Shown here piece after piece: positions 9,991 to 19,161 of a stretch of 64,000 nt of DNA (the first letter of the stretch is position 1; each line of letters begins with the position of its first letter). The stretch covers positions 258,146 to 322,145 of the forward strand of contig BTWA01000002.1 in the NCBI GenBank assembly GCA_045863295.1. Reading direction: 5' to 3'. The notes under the pieces are model-generated. The model did no database searches. It was not told where the DNA came from and was given only the letters and a program-made list of their open reading frames with translations. The translations under genes were made by a program, and so were the position numbers. Origin of the DNA: Candidatus Hydrogenedentota bacterium (GTDB lineage: Bacteria > Hydrogenedentota > Hydrogenedentia > Hydrogenedentales > SLHB01).

Positions 9991-10848
9991 GTGCGTGGCG
10001 GTGTTGAGGGCCGACTGGAAACCGTTCTTGGGGCGGCGGTTGCCGGCCTGCGTGCGCTTAGCGGTGGGTGTATCGGGGACGTGTACCGGGCCGATTTGAC
10101 GGATGGCCGCCGCGTCGTTATCAAAGTGGATTCGAGTTCGCGTCCGCAGCTTGATGTCGAGGCTTACATGCTGCGTTATCTGCGCGAGCACAGCGGCCTG
10201 CCGGTGCCGGACGTTCTGCACGGCGAGCCTGGACTATTGGTCTTGGCATACATCGAAGGGGATAGCCGGTTTGGTCCGCACGAACAGACTCATGCGGCGG
10301 AACTGCTGGCCGAGCTACACTCGGTGAAGTCGGACCGTTTTGGGTTGGAGCGGGACACGCTGATCGGATCGTTGCATCAACCCAATCCGTGGACGGCGAC
10401 ATGGATCGACTTCTTTCGCGAGCACCGATTGATCCATATGGCCCGTGGTGCCTACCAATCCGGCCGAATGCCGAAGAACACCTATTCCCGAGTCGAAGCG
10501 TTTGCCGCCCGGCTGGAGCAGTATCTCTTGGAGCCTGAGAGTCCCTCCTTGTTGCATGGGGATGTATGGACGACCAACGTGCTGGCACACGGTGGCCGGA
10601 TAACGGGGTTTATTGATCCCGCGATCTATTTCGGCCATCCCGAGATCGAATTGGCATTTACAACCTTATTTGGCACGTTTGGGGATGTCTTTTTTGGCCG
10701 GTATCATGAATTGCGCCCGATCGAGCCTGGATTTTTCGAGGTCCGACGGGACGTCTATAACCTCTATCCCCTGTTGGTGCATGTGCGGCTGTTTGGTGGT
10801 GGGTATCTGGGGGATGTAGAGCGTACGCTTGCGCGGTTGGGTTTCTAA
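9991..10848 (+). CDS. fructosamine/ribulosamine 3-kinase family protein
   Basis: GGCI, IGSLHQPN, PSLLHGDVW, FIDPAIYFGHPEIELA, YNLYPLLVH. Confidence 0.92.
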   Translation: MRGGVEGRLETVLGAAVAGLRALSGGCIGDVYRADLTDGRRVVIKVDSSSRPQLDVEAYMLRYLREHSGLPVPDVLHGEPGLLVLAYIEGDSRFGPHEQTHAAELLAELHSVKSDRFGLERDTLIGSLHQPNPWTATWIDFFREHRLIHMARGAYQSGRMPKNTYSRVEAFAARLEQYLLEPESPSLLHGDVWTTNVLAHGGRITGFIDPAIYFGHPEIELAFTTLFGTFGDVFFGRYHELRPIEPGFFEVRRDVYNLYPLLVHVRLFGGGYLGDVERTLARLGF

Positions 10849-10856
10849 GTAACATG

Positions 10857-10888
10857 AAAAAAGGGCGATTTCAGAGAAACCGCCCTGA
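10857..10888 (-). terminator. rho-independent terminator (minus strand)
   Basis: Minus strand reads AGGGCGGTTTC-TCT-GAAATCGCCCT followed by a T run. Confidence 0.7.
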
Positions 10889-10923
10889 GTGCAGCTATAT
10901 GAGTCGAGATTGCCGAAGCCGTC

Positions 10924-11067
10924 TTATGGTATCAGTGCCTGGTAGAACGGCGTTATCAATATGGCGGCCCCGTAGAGCAGAAGCAGAATCGGGCTGAACA
11001 GGATTGCCCCTATCGAACCCAACGGGTTTTGTAGAAACAACTGGATATAGGCGTCAAGACTTGGCAT
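10924..11067 (-). CDS. small hydrophobic protein, 47 aa
   Basis: AAGGAGGAG 7 nt before ATG 11067; MPSLDAYIQLFLQNPLGSIGAILFSPILLLLYGAAILITPFYQALIP; extended -10 TGGTATAGT at 11101..11093; terminator downstream. Confidence 0.7.
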   Translation of the reverse strand: MPSLDAYIQLFLQNPLGSIGAILFSPILLLLYGAAILITPFYQALIP

Positions 11068-11173
11068 GAACGTTCTCCTCCTTGTCCGTGTCACTATACC
11101 ATAACCCGGAAGGGCTGGTGCGTTACAATTGCCGCGGCGCTTGCGGGTGCATGCGCCACGAGGGGAGTGGCCA

Positions 11174-12520
11174 ATGGCAGGCGATGCGATGAGCGGGTTG
11201 CGGTCAGAAGGCGATGTGAACTTGTCGGCTGCACGGGTTGCGTGGTCGGACGGGCAGTTGGACGCGGGTACCCGGGCGCTATTGACCGAGGACGCGCGAT
11301 ATTTTTTGCACCAGTCGTTATCGACGCCTTGTTTGAATGCCTTGAACGCGGTGGATGGGGCACGCATAGAGGATATGCAAGGCCGCCGCTACCTTGATTT
11401 TCACGGGAACAGCGTCCATCAGGTGGGCTACTCCAATCCGTCGGTCATTCAAGCCATTAAAGACCAATTGGACGCGCTGTCGTTTTGTCCTCGGCGGTAT
11501 ACCAACCGGCCGGCGGTGACGCTGGCGAAGAAGTTGTCGGAGCTTGCGCCGGGGAATTTGGGCAAGGTGTTGTTTGCGCCTGGGGGCACTTCGGCGATTG
11601 GGATGGCGCTGAAGATTGCGCGCGTGGCCACGGGCCGGTTCAAGACGATTTCGATGTGGGAATCCTTTCACGGGGCTTCGCTTGATGCCATTTCGATTGG
11701 CGGAGAGGCGATGTTCCGCCGTGGGATTGGTCCGTTGTTGCCGGGCACGGAACATGTGCCTCCGCCGGACGCCGGGCATTGTCCCTTTGGGTGTGGCGGC
11801 ACATGCACTCTTCGATGCGCGGAGTATGTGAACTACGTTCTGGAACGCGAAGGGGATGTCGGTGCGGTGATCGCGGAGACGGTTCGTTGTACGCCGTTTA
11901 TTCCGCCGGTGGAGTATTGGCGGATCGTGCGGGAGGCATGCGATCGCCATGGCGCCCTGCTAATTCTGGACGAGATCCCGATAGGACTGGGGCGGACGGG
12001 AAAGATGTTTGCATGCGAGCACTATGGGATCGTGCCAGATATTCTTGTGATTGGCAAAGGGCTTGGTGGAGGGGTATTGCCGCTTGCCGCAATGATTACG
12101 CGCGACGACCTGGACATCGCCGGTGATCATTCGCTTGGCCACTACACGCACGAGAAGAACCCGGTTCTGTGCGCGGCCGGCCTTGCGACGATCGCGTATC
12201 TGGAAGAGCACCGGCTTGTGGACCGTGCCGCGGAATTGGGGGAGTATGCGGCCGTTGCATTGAATTCTTTAAGGGAGCGGCATGCGATCATAGGCGGCGT
12301 TCGCGGACTTGGATTGTTGTTGGGCGTGGAGTTGAATCGCGCAGACGGATCTCGCGCCGTCGACGAGGCGGAGCGCGTGATGTATGCATGTCTTGAGCGC
12401 GGACTGAGCTTCAAGACGACGATGGGGAACATACTGACGTTGACGCCGCCTTTGACCGTAACCAAGGCGGAATTGGACGAAGCGATAGGCATTCTGGACG
12501 CGAGTTTGGAGACAGTGTGA
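11174..12520 (+). CDS. pbfA: class III PLP enzyme, PbfA-like ((R)-1-hydroxy-2-aminoethylphosphonate ammonia-lyase family)
   Basis: RSEGDVN, FLHQSLSTPCL, DFHGNSVHQ, FCPRRYTN, DEIPIGLGRTG, IGKGLGGG, GHYTHEK. These are recalled as subfamily motifs. Confidence 0.7.
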   Translation: MAGDAMSGLRSEGDVNLSAARVAWSDGQLDAGTRALLTEDARYFLHQSLSTPCLNALNAVDGARIEDMQGRRYLDFHGNSVHQVGYSNPSVIQAIKDQLDALSFCPRRYTNRPAVTLAKKLSELAPGNLGKVLFAPGGTSAIGMALKIARVATGRFKTISMWESFHGASLDAISIGGEAMFRRGIGPLLPGTEHVPPPDAGHCPFGCGGTCTLRCAEYVNYVLEREGDVGAVIAETVRCTPFIPPVEYWRIVREACDRHGALLILDEIPIGLGRTGKMFACEHYGIVPDILVIGKGLGGGVLPLAAMITRDDLDIAGDHSLGHYTHEKNPVLCAAGLATIAYLEEHRLVDRAAELGEYAAVALNSLRERHAIIGGVRGLGLLLGVELNRADGSRAVDEAERVMYACLERGLSFKTTMGNILTLTPPLTVTKAELDEAIGILDASLETV

Positions 12521-13332
12521 TGCATGGGTTGGCCGTAATGGCGTGGTTCGCGGCGCTTGCGTTGGGGGTTGGCGCACCGGAGAGCCCATACCGGCAGGGG
12601 GCCGTGGTTCGTGGTGACGGGGGCTGGATGGCTTACTTCGAGCGGGCGGGTACCGGACCTGCGCTCATTCTGATTCCCGGGAGTTGGGATGATCATACGG
12701 CGTACGATGCGTTCTTGAACGGAGTGAACAGTGAGTTGCATATCGTCATTGTGGAACTGCCGGGTCATGGCGCGAGCATGCCGGCGGCGGTTCAGCCGAC
12801 CATGCGGTCATTTGGCGAGGATGTGTTTCGCGTTGCGGACGAGTTGAAACTAGATACGTTTTACGTGGGCGGACACAGCATTGGGGGGATGATCGCCATC
12901 GAAATGGCGGGGCAGACACCGGAGCGGTTGCTAGGGGTTATATCGATCGAAGGGTGGACTCATCACAGCGTGGTGAAGGACGCATTTGATGGTGCGTTGG
13001 CCAATACGCTGACCCCTGAACAGGAGCGGCAGCGAGTAGCGAACCGGGAGCGTACGCAGGCTCAAGTGACCAAAGCGCAAATCGATGCATTTGGCGGAGT
13101 CTGGCGGCAGTGGGACGGCTTCGCCATATTGAGTACAACGACCGTTCCTGTGCTGGAGATATGGGGGGATCGTGGAAGAGACGCGGCAAGCCGTGCGGCC
13201 ATGAAGATTCCGGAACGAGAAACTATAACGATTGCATGGATTAGAGGCGCATCGCATTGGCTGTTGTTGGAGCAACCGTTGGAAGTAGCCAGGGCCGTGA
13301 ACGCGTTTATTCCAATGAAGCCTTCGGAATGA
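12517..13332 (+). CDS. alpha/beta hydrolase (signal peptide)
   Basis: Nucleophile motif GHSIGG, LPGHG, C-terminal GASHW; 4-nt overlap with the upstream gene. Confidence 0.85.
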   Translation: MMHGLAVMAWFAALALGVGAPESPYRQGAVVRGDGGWMAYFERAGTGPALILIPGSWDDHTAYDAFLNGVNSELHIVIVELPGHGASMPAAVQPTMRSFGEDVFRVADELKLDTFYVGGHSIGGMIAIEMAGQTPERLLGVISIEGWTHHSVVKDAFDGALANTLTPEQERQRVANRERTQAQVTKAQIDAFGGVWRQWDGFAILSTTTVPVLEIWGDRGRDAASRAAMKIPERETITIAWIRGASHWLLLEQPLEVARAVNAFIPMKPSE

Positions 13333-13398
13333 GTAGGGCCATGGACACTGCAATTTGCAGAATGGCGCGATGATCCAGCCGCGTTGGGTCCTGACCGG

Positions 13399-15405
13399 TT
13401 ACTTCGACATCGTCAGGAACAAATAATCCAGCCCCACCATGTGAGCGGGTTTTGCTTTCGGATTTGCTCCGACGATTTCGATCCTGAGAATGTTCTCGCC
13501 TTCTTTCAAATCCGCCTCGCCCAGTAGTTCTTGTGTGCCGGCACGGACGCCAGGATCGTAGAAATCGCGTGCTTCGCCGAGCGGTTGATCGTTGATTGAA
13601 AGTCTGGCGATTGCATAATCGACGGCATAGGTAAATACCGCTTCGATTTTGTACCTTCCGGTTTTCTTGACGGGTACGGCAAGCGTGAGGACGTTGCCGG
13701 GTTTATTGTCTATCCACCAGATTTGCGCAGCGTTGCTCCAGTTCCATGTGTCGGTTTGCTGAACGGTTGGATTTCCTCCCGTTGCGCCGATTACCTTCAG
13801 GGATTCGCCTTCGAGGGCACCCTCTTTACGGAACGGCGGCGGCAATTCGGGCATGGGATGAATCTTCAACGAAGCTTGTTGGACAGGCGGGCGATTGTCC
13901 TTCGAGCCGGGCTTTGCATACCAGTACGACGTCGCGGCCATGGCGACTTCGGTTTGCTTCCAGTGCCAGACTTCAATATCAAATTGGAATGACTTGGTAA
14001 AGGGTATGGCGTCGATGATGTGAAACCGGCTGACACAGGTTTGACCGTAGTTTCCGGGGCCATCGCATCTGGGCTGGTTGTGGTATGCGTGCGTAAACAC
14101 TTCGGGGCAGCACCATGCGTATCCGTAGTAATCTTCAGTTCCCGTTCCAAACGTGCTGGGGATAGTCTCGCCATCCACGTAGATTTTTTCATCGCCCTCG
14201 CCCCACCAATCTTTCACCGGGTTGCTGACGTGCAGCATGTCGCCAACGAAGACGCCTTGGCCGTCGATGGTCACGTAATTCCAGTCTTGACGAGGCTGGG
14301 TCGGGATTGGAAATTCGGCGCGCCATTTCGCATTGAAGTGCATGGACTGTGGGGACCACTCGTAATCGACTTGGCTGAATAGGCCCGTGACGGTGATTGG
14401 TTGCGCGCCGAGGTTGGTTAAGACGAATTTCGCGGACAGTTGGAAGGGCATGACCCAGCGGCACACCAACATGCCGTCGGGGTTGCACTGCAACGGAATT
14501 GAGGAGAATGGGTTTGGTCCGGGGGCGGTACCGAAGAAGTCCCCGAGCGGCACGTCGATAGACGGGGAAGCCTCGCCGTCAAAATGGGCGGTGAGAACGA
14601 GCTGGCGCAAGGCCTTCTCCGGGTCTTCGGCGTCCACTTTGATCCAAAATTCGTTGATGGCGGCGGGGCCTTCAAAAGCCTGATTCACGGCTTCGCCGGG
14701 TGCGACGATGAGTCCGTCAAAAGAATTCTGTTTGCCGAGGCGTGTACGCACTGTATTGGGCCGTGCGAGCACGTTTGCGGTGCGCATGATATCGGCCGCG
14801 CAAGTTTTGGCGAGATCCATGGAAAACGTTTCGACACGGGTGCCGGGCGTGTACGTGCGATAGTTGATTTGGTAGTAGTAGTCGAAACGGTTCGTAGTGA
14901 TTTTGCAGTGTTTGGCGTACGGAATGGGCAGATAGCTGTTCCATCCACGCGCACGCGTTCCCGCGATGGCGTCGGGTGCGAATTCAGTGCGTCCGCCGAG
15001 AAAGTCGGACAGGGTACATTCGATGGCCGGCTGGTCAGATTCGTCGAGGTAGATGCGCAACAGACCTGCGTCGTCCGGGTTGGCGGACCAGAACCGGACG
15101 ATTGCACCGGGTCCACCGGAGTCCATGATGACGTACTCGGTTTCGCCGTTTCGTTCTTCCTTGCGGATGTACTGCCCACGATCTCCATTGGCGAACCAGT
15201 TTTCATCGGTGGGGATGGCCGGATCAGTTGAGCGCCTGTCGTAACTGGAAGCCTGGCGGTTGGCGTAGTTGGGATCGGGGTAGCGGGTAATTGATTCGAG
15301 ATCGGTCATCTCCTTGAGCAGGCCGGCGAATGTAACTTGGGGCCACGCACTGGACGCACTTGCAAGCACTATTGCGGCCCACGCGGCAGTTTGAATTGGT
15401 CGCAT
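13399..15405 (-). CDS. DUF2961 / glycoside hydrolase family 172 protein with C-terminal CBM-like domain
   Basis: Signal peptide; QASSYDR, GPGAIVRFW, WWGEGDEKIYVDGE, FGTGTEDYYGYAW. Confidence 0.85.
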   Translation of the reverse strand: MRPIQTAAWAAIVLASASSAWPQVTFAGLLKEMTDLESITRYPDPNYANRQASSYDRRSTDPAIPTDENWFANGDRGQYIRKEERNGETEYVIMDSGGPGAIVRFWSANPDDAGLLRIYLDESDQPAIECTLSDFLGGRTEFAPDAIAGTRARGWNSYLPIPYAKHCKITTNRFDYYYQINYRTYTPGTRVETFSMDLAKTCAADIMRTANVLARPNTVRTRLGKQNSFDGLIVAPGEAVNQAFEGPAAINEFWIKVDAEDPEKALRQLVLTAHFDGEASPSIDVPLGDFFGTAPGPNPFSSIPLQCNPDGMLVCRWVMPFQLSAKFVLTNLGAQPITVTGLFSQVDYEWSPQSMHFNAKWRAEFPIPTQPRQDWNYVTIDGQGVFVGDMLHVSNPVKDWWGEGDEKIYVDGETIPSTFGTGTEDYYGYAWCCPEVFTHAYHNQPRCDGPGNYGQTCVSRFHIIDAIPFTKSFQFDIEVWHWKQTEVAMAATSYWYAKPGSKDNRPPVQQASLKIHPMPELPPPFRKEGALEGESLKVIGATGGNPTVQQTDTWNWSNAAQIWWIDNKPGNVLTLAVPVKKTGRYKIEAVFTYAVDYAIARLSINDQPLGEARDFYDPGVRAGTQELLGEADLKEGENILRIEIVGANPKAKPAHMVGLDYLFLTMSK

Positions 15406-15608
15406 CGCTGTATCCTTTTCCGGGGCCCGAGTTTGGCCGGTATTCGCTCCATTGCCAACCCCGTTTTTATAGCACATTGTGCACCGTTTTGGGGACCGCG
15501 GCCGGGGTCATTCCCGAACCTGTGGCGACGTTTATACGGGCCTGATTCTTATGGTATAGTCACAATCCCCCTGTGTCTGGACGGTTTGCGCAAGAGGGTT
15601 ATGACTCC

Positions 15609-17009
15609 ATGGAAGAGGCTTTCCGACTGATAGAGCCACGTTTTGTTCCACCGCTGGATCCCGGATTTCGTCCGGCGGTCTTGGCGAACCGCGCATTTCT
15701 GACGGAAGTGGATGCGTCAGGGTGCGGGGTACCTTTGGTGTTGGCGCTGGAACGAGCGGATGGATCCGTCTCGCGATTTGAGACCCGGGTGTTTCCCGAG
15801 GCGCATCCGCGAGGGTTGTCGAATCTCCGGTATGCCGAGCGATTGGTAAAGTTTCTACTATGGCAACGGGGCGGCTGGCGGGTATACGTCGGCGGTCCGG
15901 CGTCGATTGGCGTGTATATTGACGACTGTTACCGTCCCGGTGGGCCTCGCGAGTTTGACCACCAGTTCATGGGGCAGGATGTCTATGAACGTTCGTTTGA
16001 GGTGGTAATCTGCGAAGCGGACGAAGTGCCCGAGGCGAAGGAATCGACCAGTCCCTTGGGCCGTCACCTTGATGGGTGCCGCATTGGATTTGATCTTGGC
16101 GCATCGGATCGCAAGGTTTCGGCGGTGGTGAACGGCGAGGCTATATTCAGCGAAGAGGTGGTATGGGAGCCGCGCAAGCACAGCGATCCGGCTTATCACC
16201 TTGGTGAGATTCGCGAGGCGTTGAAGACCGCGGCATCCAAGATGCCAAGGGTGGATGCGATTGGCGGCAGTTCGGCTGGGGTAATTATTAACAGCCGTCC
16301 CATGGTTGCCTCGTTATTTCGTGCAGTGCCGAAGGATCGCTTTGACGAGGTGCATTCGATATTTCAGCGGTTGCAGCATGAGTTTGGAGTGCCGTTTGAA
16401 GTGGCGAACGACGGGGAGGTCACGGCGCTTGCGGGGTCAATGTCGCTGGAAGACAACGGTGTGCTGGGCATAGCGTTGGGTTCGAGCGAGGCTGGAGGAT
16501 ATGTGACGCTTGACGGGAACATTACAGGTTGGCTGAACGAGTTGGCGTTTGCTCCTGTCGATTATAGTCTTTCGGCGCCCAAGGACGAGTGGTCCGGCGA
16601 TCACGGTGTTGGCGCGCTTTATTTTTCGCAGCAGTGCGTGTTTCGTCTGGCGCCTCGCGCCGGCATTGAACTTCCCACGGATGTGACGGATGCGGAGAAG
16701 TTGAAATTTGTGCAGGACAAGTTGGAGAGCGGCCATGCCGGTGCGCGCGGAATTTGGGAAAGCATGGGCGTATTCATGGGGTATGGCATTGCCCATTATG
16801 CCGATTTTTATGAGTTGCGTCATGTGCTTGTGCTCGGGCGTTGCACGTCCGGTAGCGGTGGCGACCTTATTGTGAATGGCGCGAAGCACGTTTTAGAGGC
16901 TGAATTTCCGGAACTTTCGGCGCGGATAGAAGTGCAGTTGCCCGACGAGAAGGCGCGGCGCGTTGGCCAGTCCATCGCAGCAGCGAGCCTTCCGGCGTTA
17001 TCTTCATAG
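15609..17009 (+). CDS. ROK family sugar kinase-like protein with N-terminal extension
   Basis: IGFDLGASDRK, GGSSAG, VANDGEVTALAG, GIALGSSEAGG, NELAF. Confidence 0.8.
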   Translation: MEEAFRLIEPRFVPPLDPGFRPAVLANRAFLTEVDASGCGVPLVLALERADGSVSRFETRVFPEAHPRGLSNLRYAERLVKFLLWQRGGWRVYVGGPASIGVYIDDCYRPGGPREFDHQFMGQDVYERSFEVVICEADEVPEAKESTSPLGRHLDGCRIGFDLGASDRKVSAVVNGEAIFSEEVVWEPRKHSDPAYHLGEIREALKTAASKMPRVDAIGGSSAGVIINSRPMVASLFRAVPKDRFDEVHSIFQRLQHEFGVPFEVANDGEVTALAGSMSLEDNGVLGIALGSSEAGGYVTLDGNITGWLNELAFAPVDYSLSAPKDEWSGDHGVGALYFSQQCVFRLAPRAGIELPTDVTDAEKLKFVQDKLESGHAGARGIWESMGVFMGYGIAHYADFYELRHVLVLGRCTSGSGGDLIVNGAKHVLEAEFPELSARIEVQLPDEKARRVGQSIAAASLPALSS

Positions 17010-17040
17010 ATTACCTATTGAGACGAAGAAGGACGATGAC

Positions 17041-17889
17041 ATGAAATTCCACCTGCAATCTGCCGAGCTTTTCATACCCGATGGCGTGCCGGATGAAGAG
17101 GCTCTTTCGCGAACGACACATATGGCGATAGGCGCGCACCAGGACGATCTGGAAATCATGGCTTTTGACGGCATTTTGCAATGTTTTCAAAAGCTGGATA
17201 AATGGTTTACCGGCGTTGTGGTGACGAATGGTAGCGGATCGCCTCGCAGCGGGATCTATGCCGCCTTCACGGATGAGCAGATGCAGGAAATCCGTATGGT
17301 GGAGCAGAAGAAGGCGGCGTTGATCGGCGAATATTCGGCGCAGGTCTTGCTGGACTATCCGAGCAAGGCCGTGAAGAATGCGAGCGACAAACGTCCCGTG
17401 GAAGACATGATGGCACTGTTGAAGGCAAGCTCGCCGGACATAGTGTACACGCACAATCTTTGTGACAAGCACGACACGCACATCGGCGTCACGTTGAAGG
17501 TGATTGAAGCGATTCGCCTGCTTGCTCCGAATGATCGTCCCAAGCGGCTATTTGGCTGCGAAGTGTGGCGCGATCTTGATTGGATGGTGGACACGGACAA
17601 GATAGCGTTCAACGTGTCCGAACATGAAAACTTGCAGATGGCGTTGCTGGGCGTGTTTGATTCTCAGATCGCGGGCGGCAAACGGTATGACCTGTCGACG
17701 ATGGGTCGTCGCAGGGCTCATGCAACATACCACGCGTCGCACGACACCGACGTGGCGACGGGTATCACCTTTGGCATGGAATTGACGCCGCTCATTCAGG
17801 ATGTAAACCTTGATCCCGGCGATTTTGCGTTGAACATGGTGGATCGGTTTCGGTCGGACGTGGCGGATAGAATCGCCCGATCCCGGTAA
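17041..17889 (+). CDS. PIG-L/LmbE family deacetylase
   Basis: AHQDDLE, TNG, THNLCDKHDTH, FDSQI. Confidence 0.88.
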   Translation: MKFHLQSAELFIPDGVPDEEALSRTTHMAIGAHQDDLEIMAFDGILQCFQKLDKWFTGVVVTNGSGSPRSGIYAAFTDEQMQEIRMVEQKKAALIGEYSAQVLLDYPSKAVKNASDKRPVEDMMALLKASSPDIVYTHNLCDKHDTHIGVTLKVIEAIRLLAPNDRPKRLFGCEVWRDLDWMVDTDKIAFNVSEHENLQMALLGVFDSQIAGGKRYDLSTMGRRRAHATYHASHDTDVATGITFGMELTPLIQDVNLDPGDFALNMVDRFRSDVADRIARSR

Positions 17890-17913
17890 TCAGCGCTATT
17901 TGATTCGAATCCG

Positions 17914-17948
17914 AACGTCCCCAGGGCCTTGAACTGGGGACGTTTTTG
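17914..17948 (+). terminator. rho-independent terminator
   Basis: AACGTCCCCAG-N9-CTGGGGACGTT then TTT. Confidence 0.8.
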
Positions 17949-18025
17949 TGTTTGCATGCGGTATCTGTCGAGCGCGGGTGGTATGATCTCCGTTAGCCCG
18001 CATTTTGCACCACGCTTGAATCGTG

Positions 18026-18102
18026 CGTGGAAGACTGAAGTACAGTCTCCGTGGAAGACTGAAGTACAGTCTCCGTGGAAGACTGAAGTACAGTCTCCGT
18101 GG
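18026..18102. repeat. perfect 24-bp tandem repeat x3 (+5 nt), each unit palindromic
   Basis: CGTGGAAGACTGAAGTACAGTCTC at 18026, 18050 and 18074; internal hairpin AGACTG-AAGTA-CAGTCT. Confidence 0.95.
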
Positions 18103-18276
18103 TGCAAAATGCTCACACAGAATTCCTTAAGCTTGAAACGCTGAGGATATTTCACGTGCACACTGTAAGTGCGCCAGTTTTGGTAACAGGCCGGTTGAAT
18201 TGTTGGTACACCTTTCAATTGGACAATGTCGTTAAATATCCGGGTTAGCGCGCATGCAAGAGGTGAATCTCGCAGA

Positions 18277-19161
18277 ATGTGCCGTCCACAACCACATCAC
18301 CTTTTTATTATCGCCTTCGCTTTCGCGGTGTTGGGCGGGTGCCATTCTGGAGCCCCACGTGAGCGTCAAGGCATCATATCGTTTTCGCCCAACCTGACGG
18401 AGACGGTGTTTGCGTTGGGCGCGGGGCACCGCATTGTGGCGGTGACGGATTTCTGCGACTATCCGGCGGAGGTGTCTACGTTGCCCAAAGTAGGGGGGTA
18501 TATCAATCCTGCGTTGGAGACTATGACGATGCTTCAACCGGAGCTGATCCTATTGCCGGGGCAACATCCGCGCGTGGCGGAATATGCGCGGGAGGCGAAG
18601 ATATCCGTGCTGAATGTGCATATGGACAGCTTGGAGACGATCGAGGCGGGCATACGGACAATAGGCGCGCGTTTGGATTGCCGGGACGAGGCGGCTTCGT
18701 TGTGGGAGCAAATCAGCACCGAATTGAAGGCAGTCCGGGAATCGGTTTCCGGTCGTCCGCGCCCCAAGGTTTTGGTAATTAATACCCGAAGCAGCCACGA
18801 TTTGAACTCGCTATTTACGGTGGGCGCGTTGTCGTTTTTGTCCGAGTTGACGGATATTGCGGGCGGCGACAACCTATTTCGTGACGACAAAACGGATTAT
18901 TTTGAGGCTTCGAAGGAGTCCGTGGTGTTGCGTGAGCCGGATGTGATCATTGAATTTCATGCGGGTGAGAATTTGTCCGCGGAAGAGTCGAGCCGGTTTA
19001 TTGCGGATTGGTCAGTCTTGACGACAGTGCCCGCCGTTCGCCACGGCCGCATCTATCTGTTTCACGAAAGTTATGGGCTGCGGCCGGGTCCGCGCATTGG
19101 ACAGACGGCCCGTGATTTGGCCGGGATGTTGCATCCAGACGTGGGAGTTGCCGCGCCATGA
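18277..19161 (+). CDS. ABC transporter substrate-binding lipoprotein (BtuF/helical-backbone type)
   Basis: Lipobox LGGC; SPNLTETVFALG, VTDFCDYP, IAGGDN, RPGPRI. Confidence 0.88.
   Translation: MCRPQPHHLFIIAFAFAVLGGCHSGAPRERQGIISFSPNLTETVFALGAGHRIVAVTDFCDYPAEVSTLPKVGGYINPALETMTMLQPELILLPGQHPRVAEYAREAKISVLNVHMDSLETIEAGIRTIGARLDCRDEAASLWEQISTELKAVRESVSGRPRPKVLVINTRSSHDLNSLFTVGALSFLSELTDIAGGDNLFRDDKTDYFEASKESVVLREPDVIIEFHAGENLSAEESSRFIADWSVLTTVPAVRHGRIYLFHESYGLRPGPRIGQTARDLAGMLHPDVGVAAP

Noticed and set aside
10924..11367. 147-aa ORF as given in the track
   Set aside because: Its 5' part is antisense to the PLP enzyme gene; only the last 47 codons have an RBS and promoter.
18026..18102. CRISPR array
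   Set aside because: The repeats are directly adjacent with no spacers, and there are no cas genes in the window.
18103..18276. Cobalamin riboswitch upstream of the BtuFCD-like operon
   Set aside because: Only an isolated ACTGTAA is present; the GGGAA/B12-box elements could not be found.
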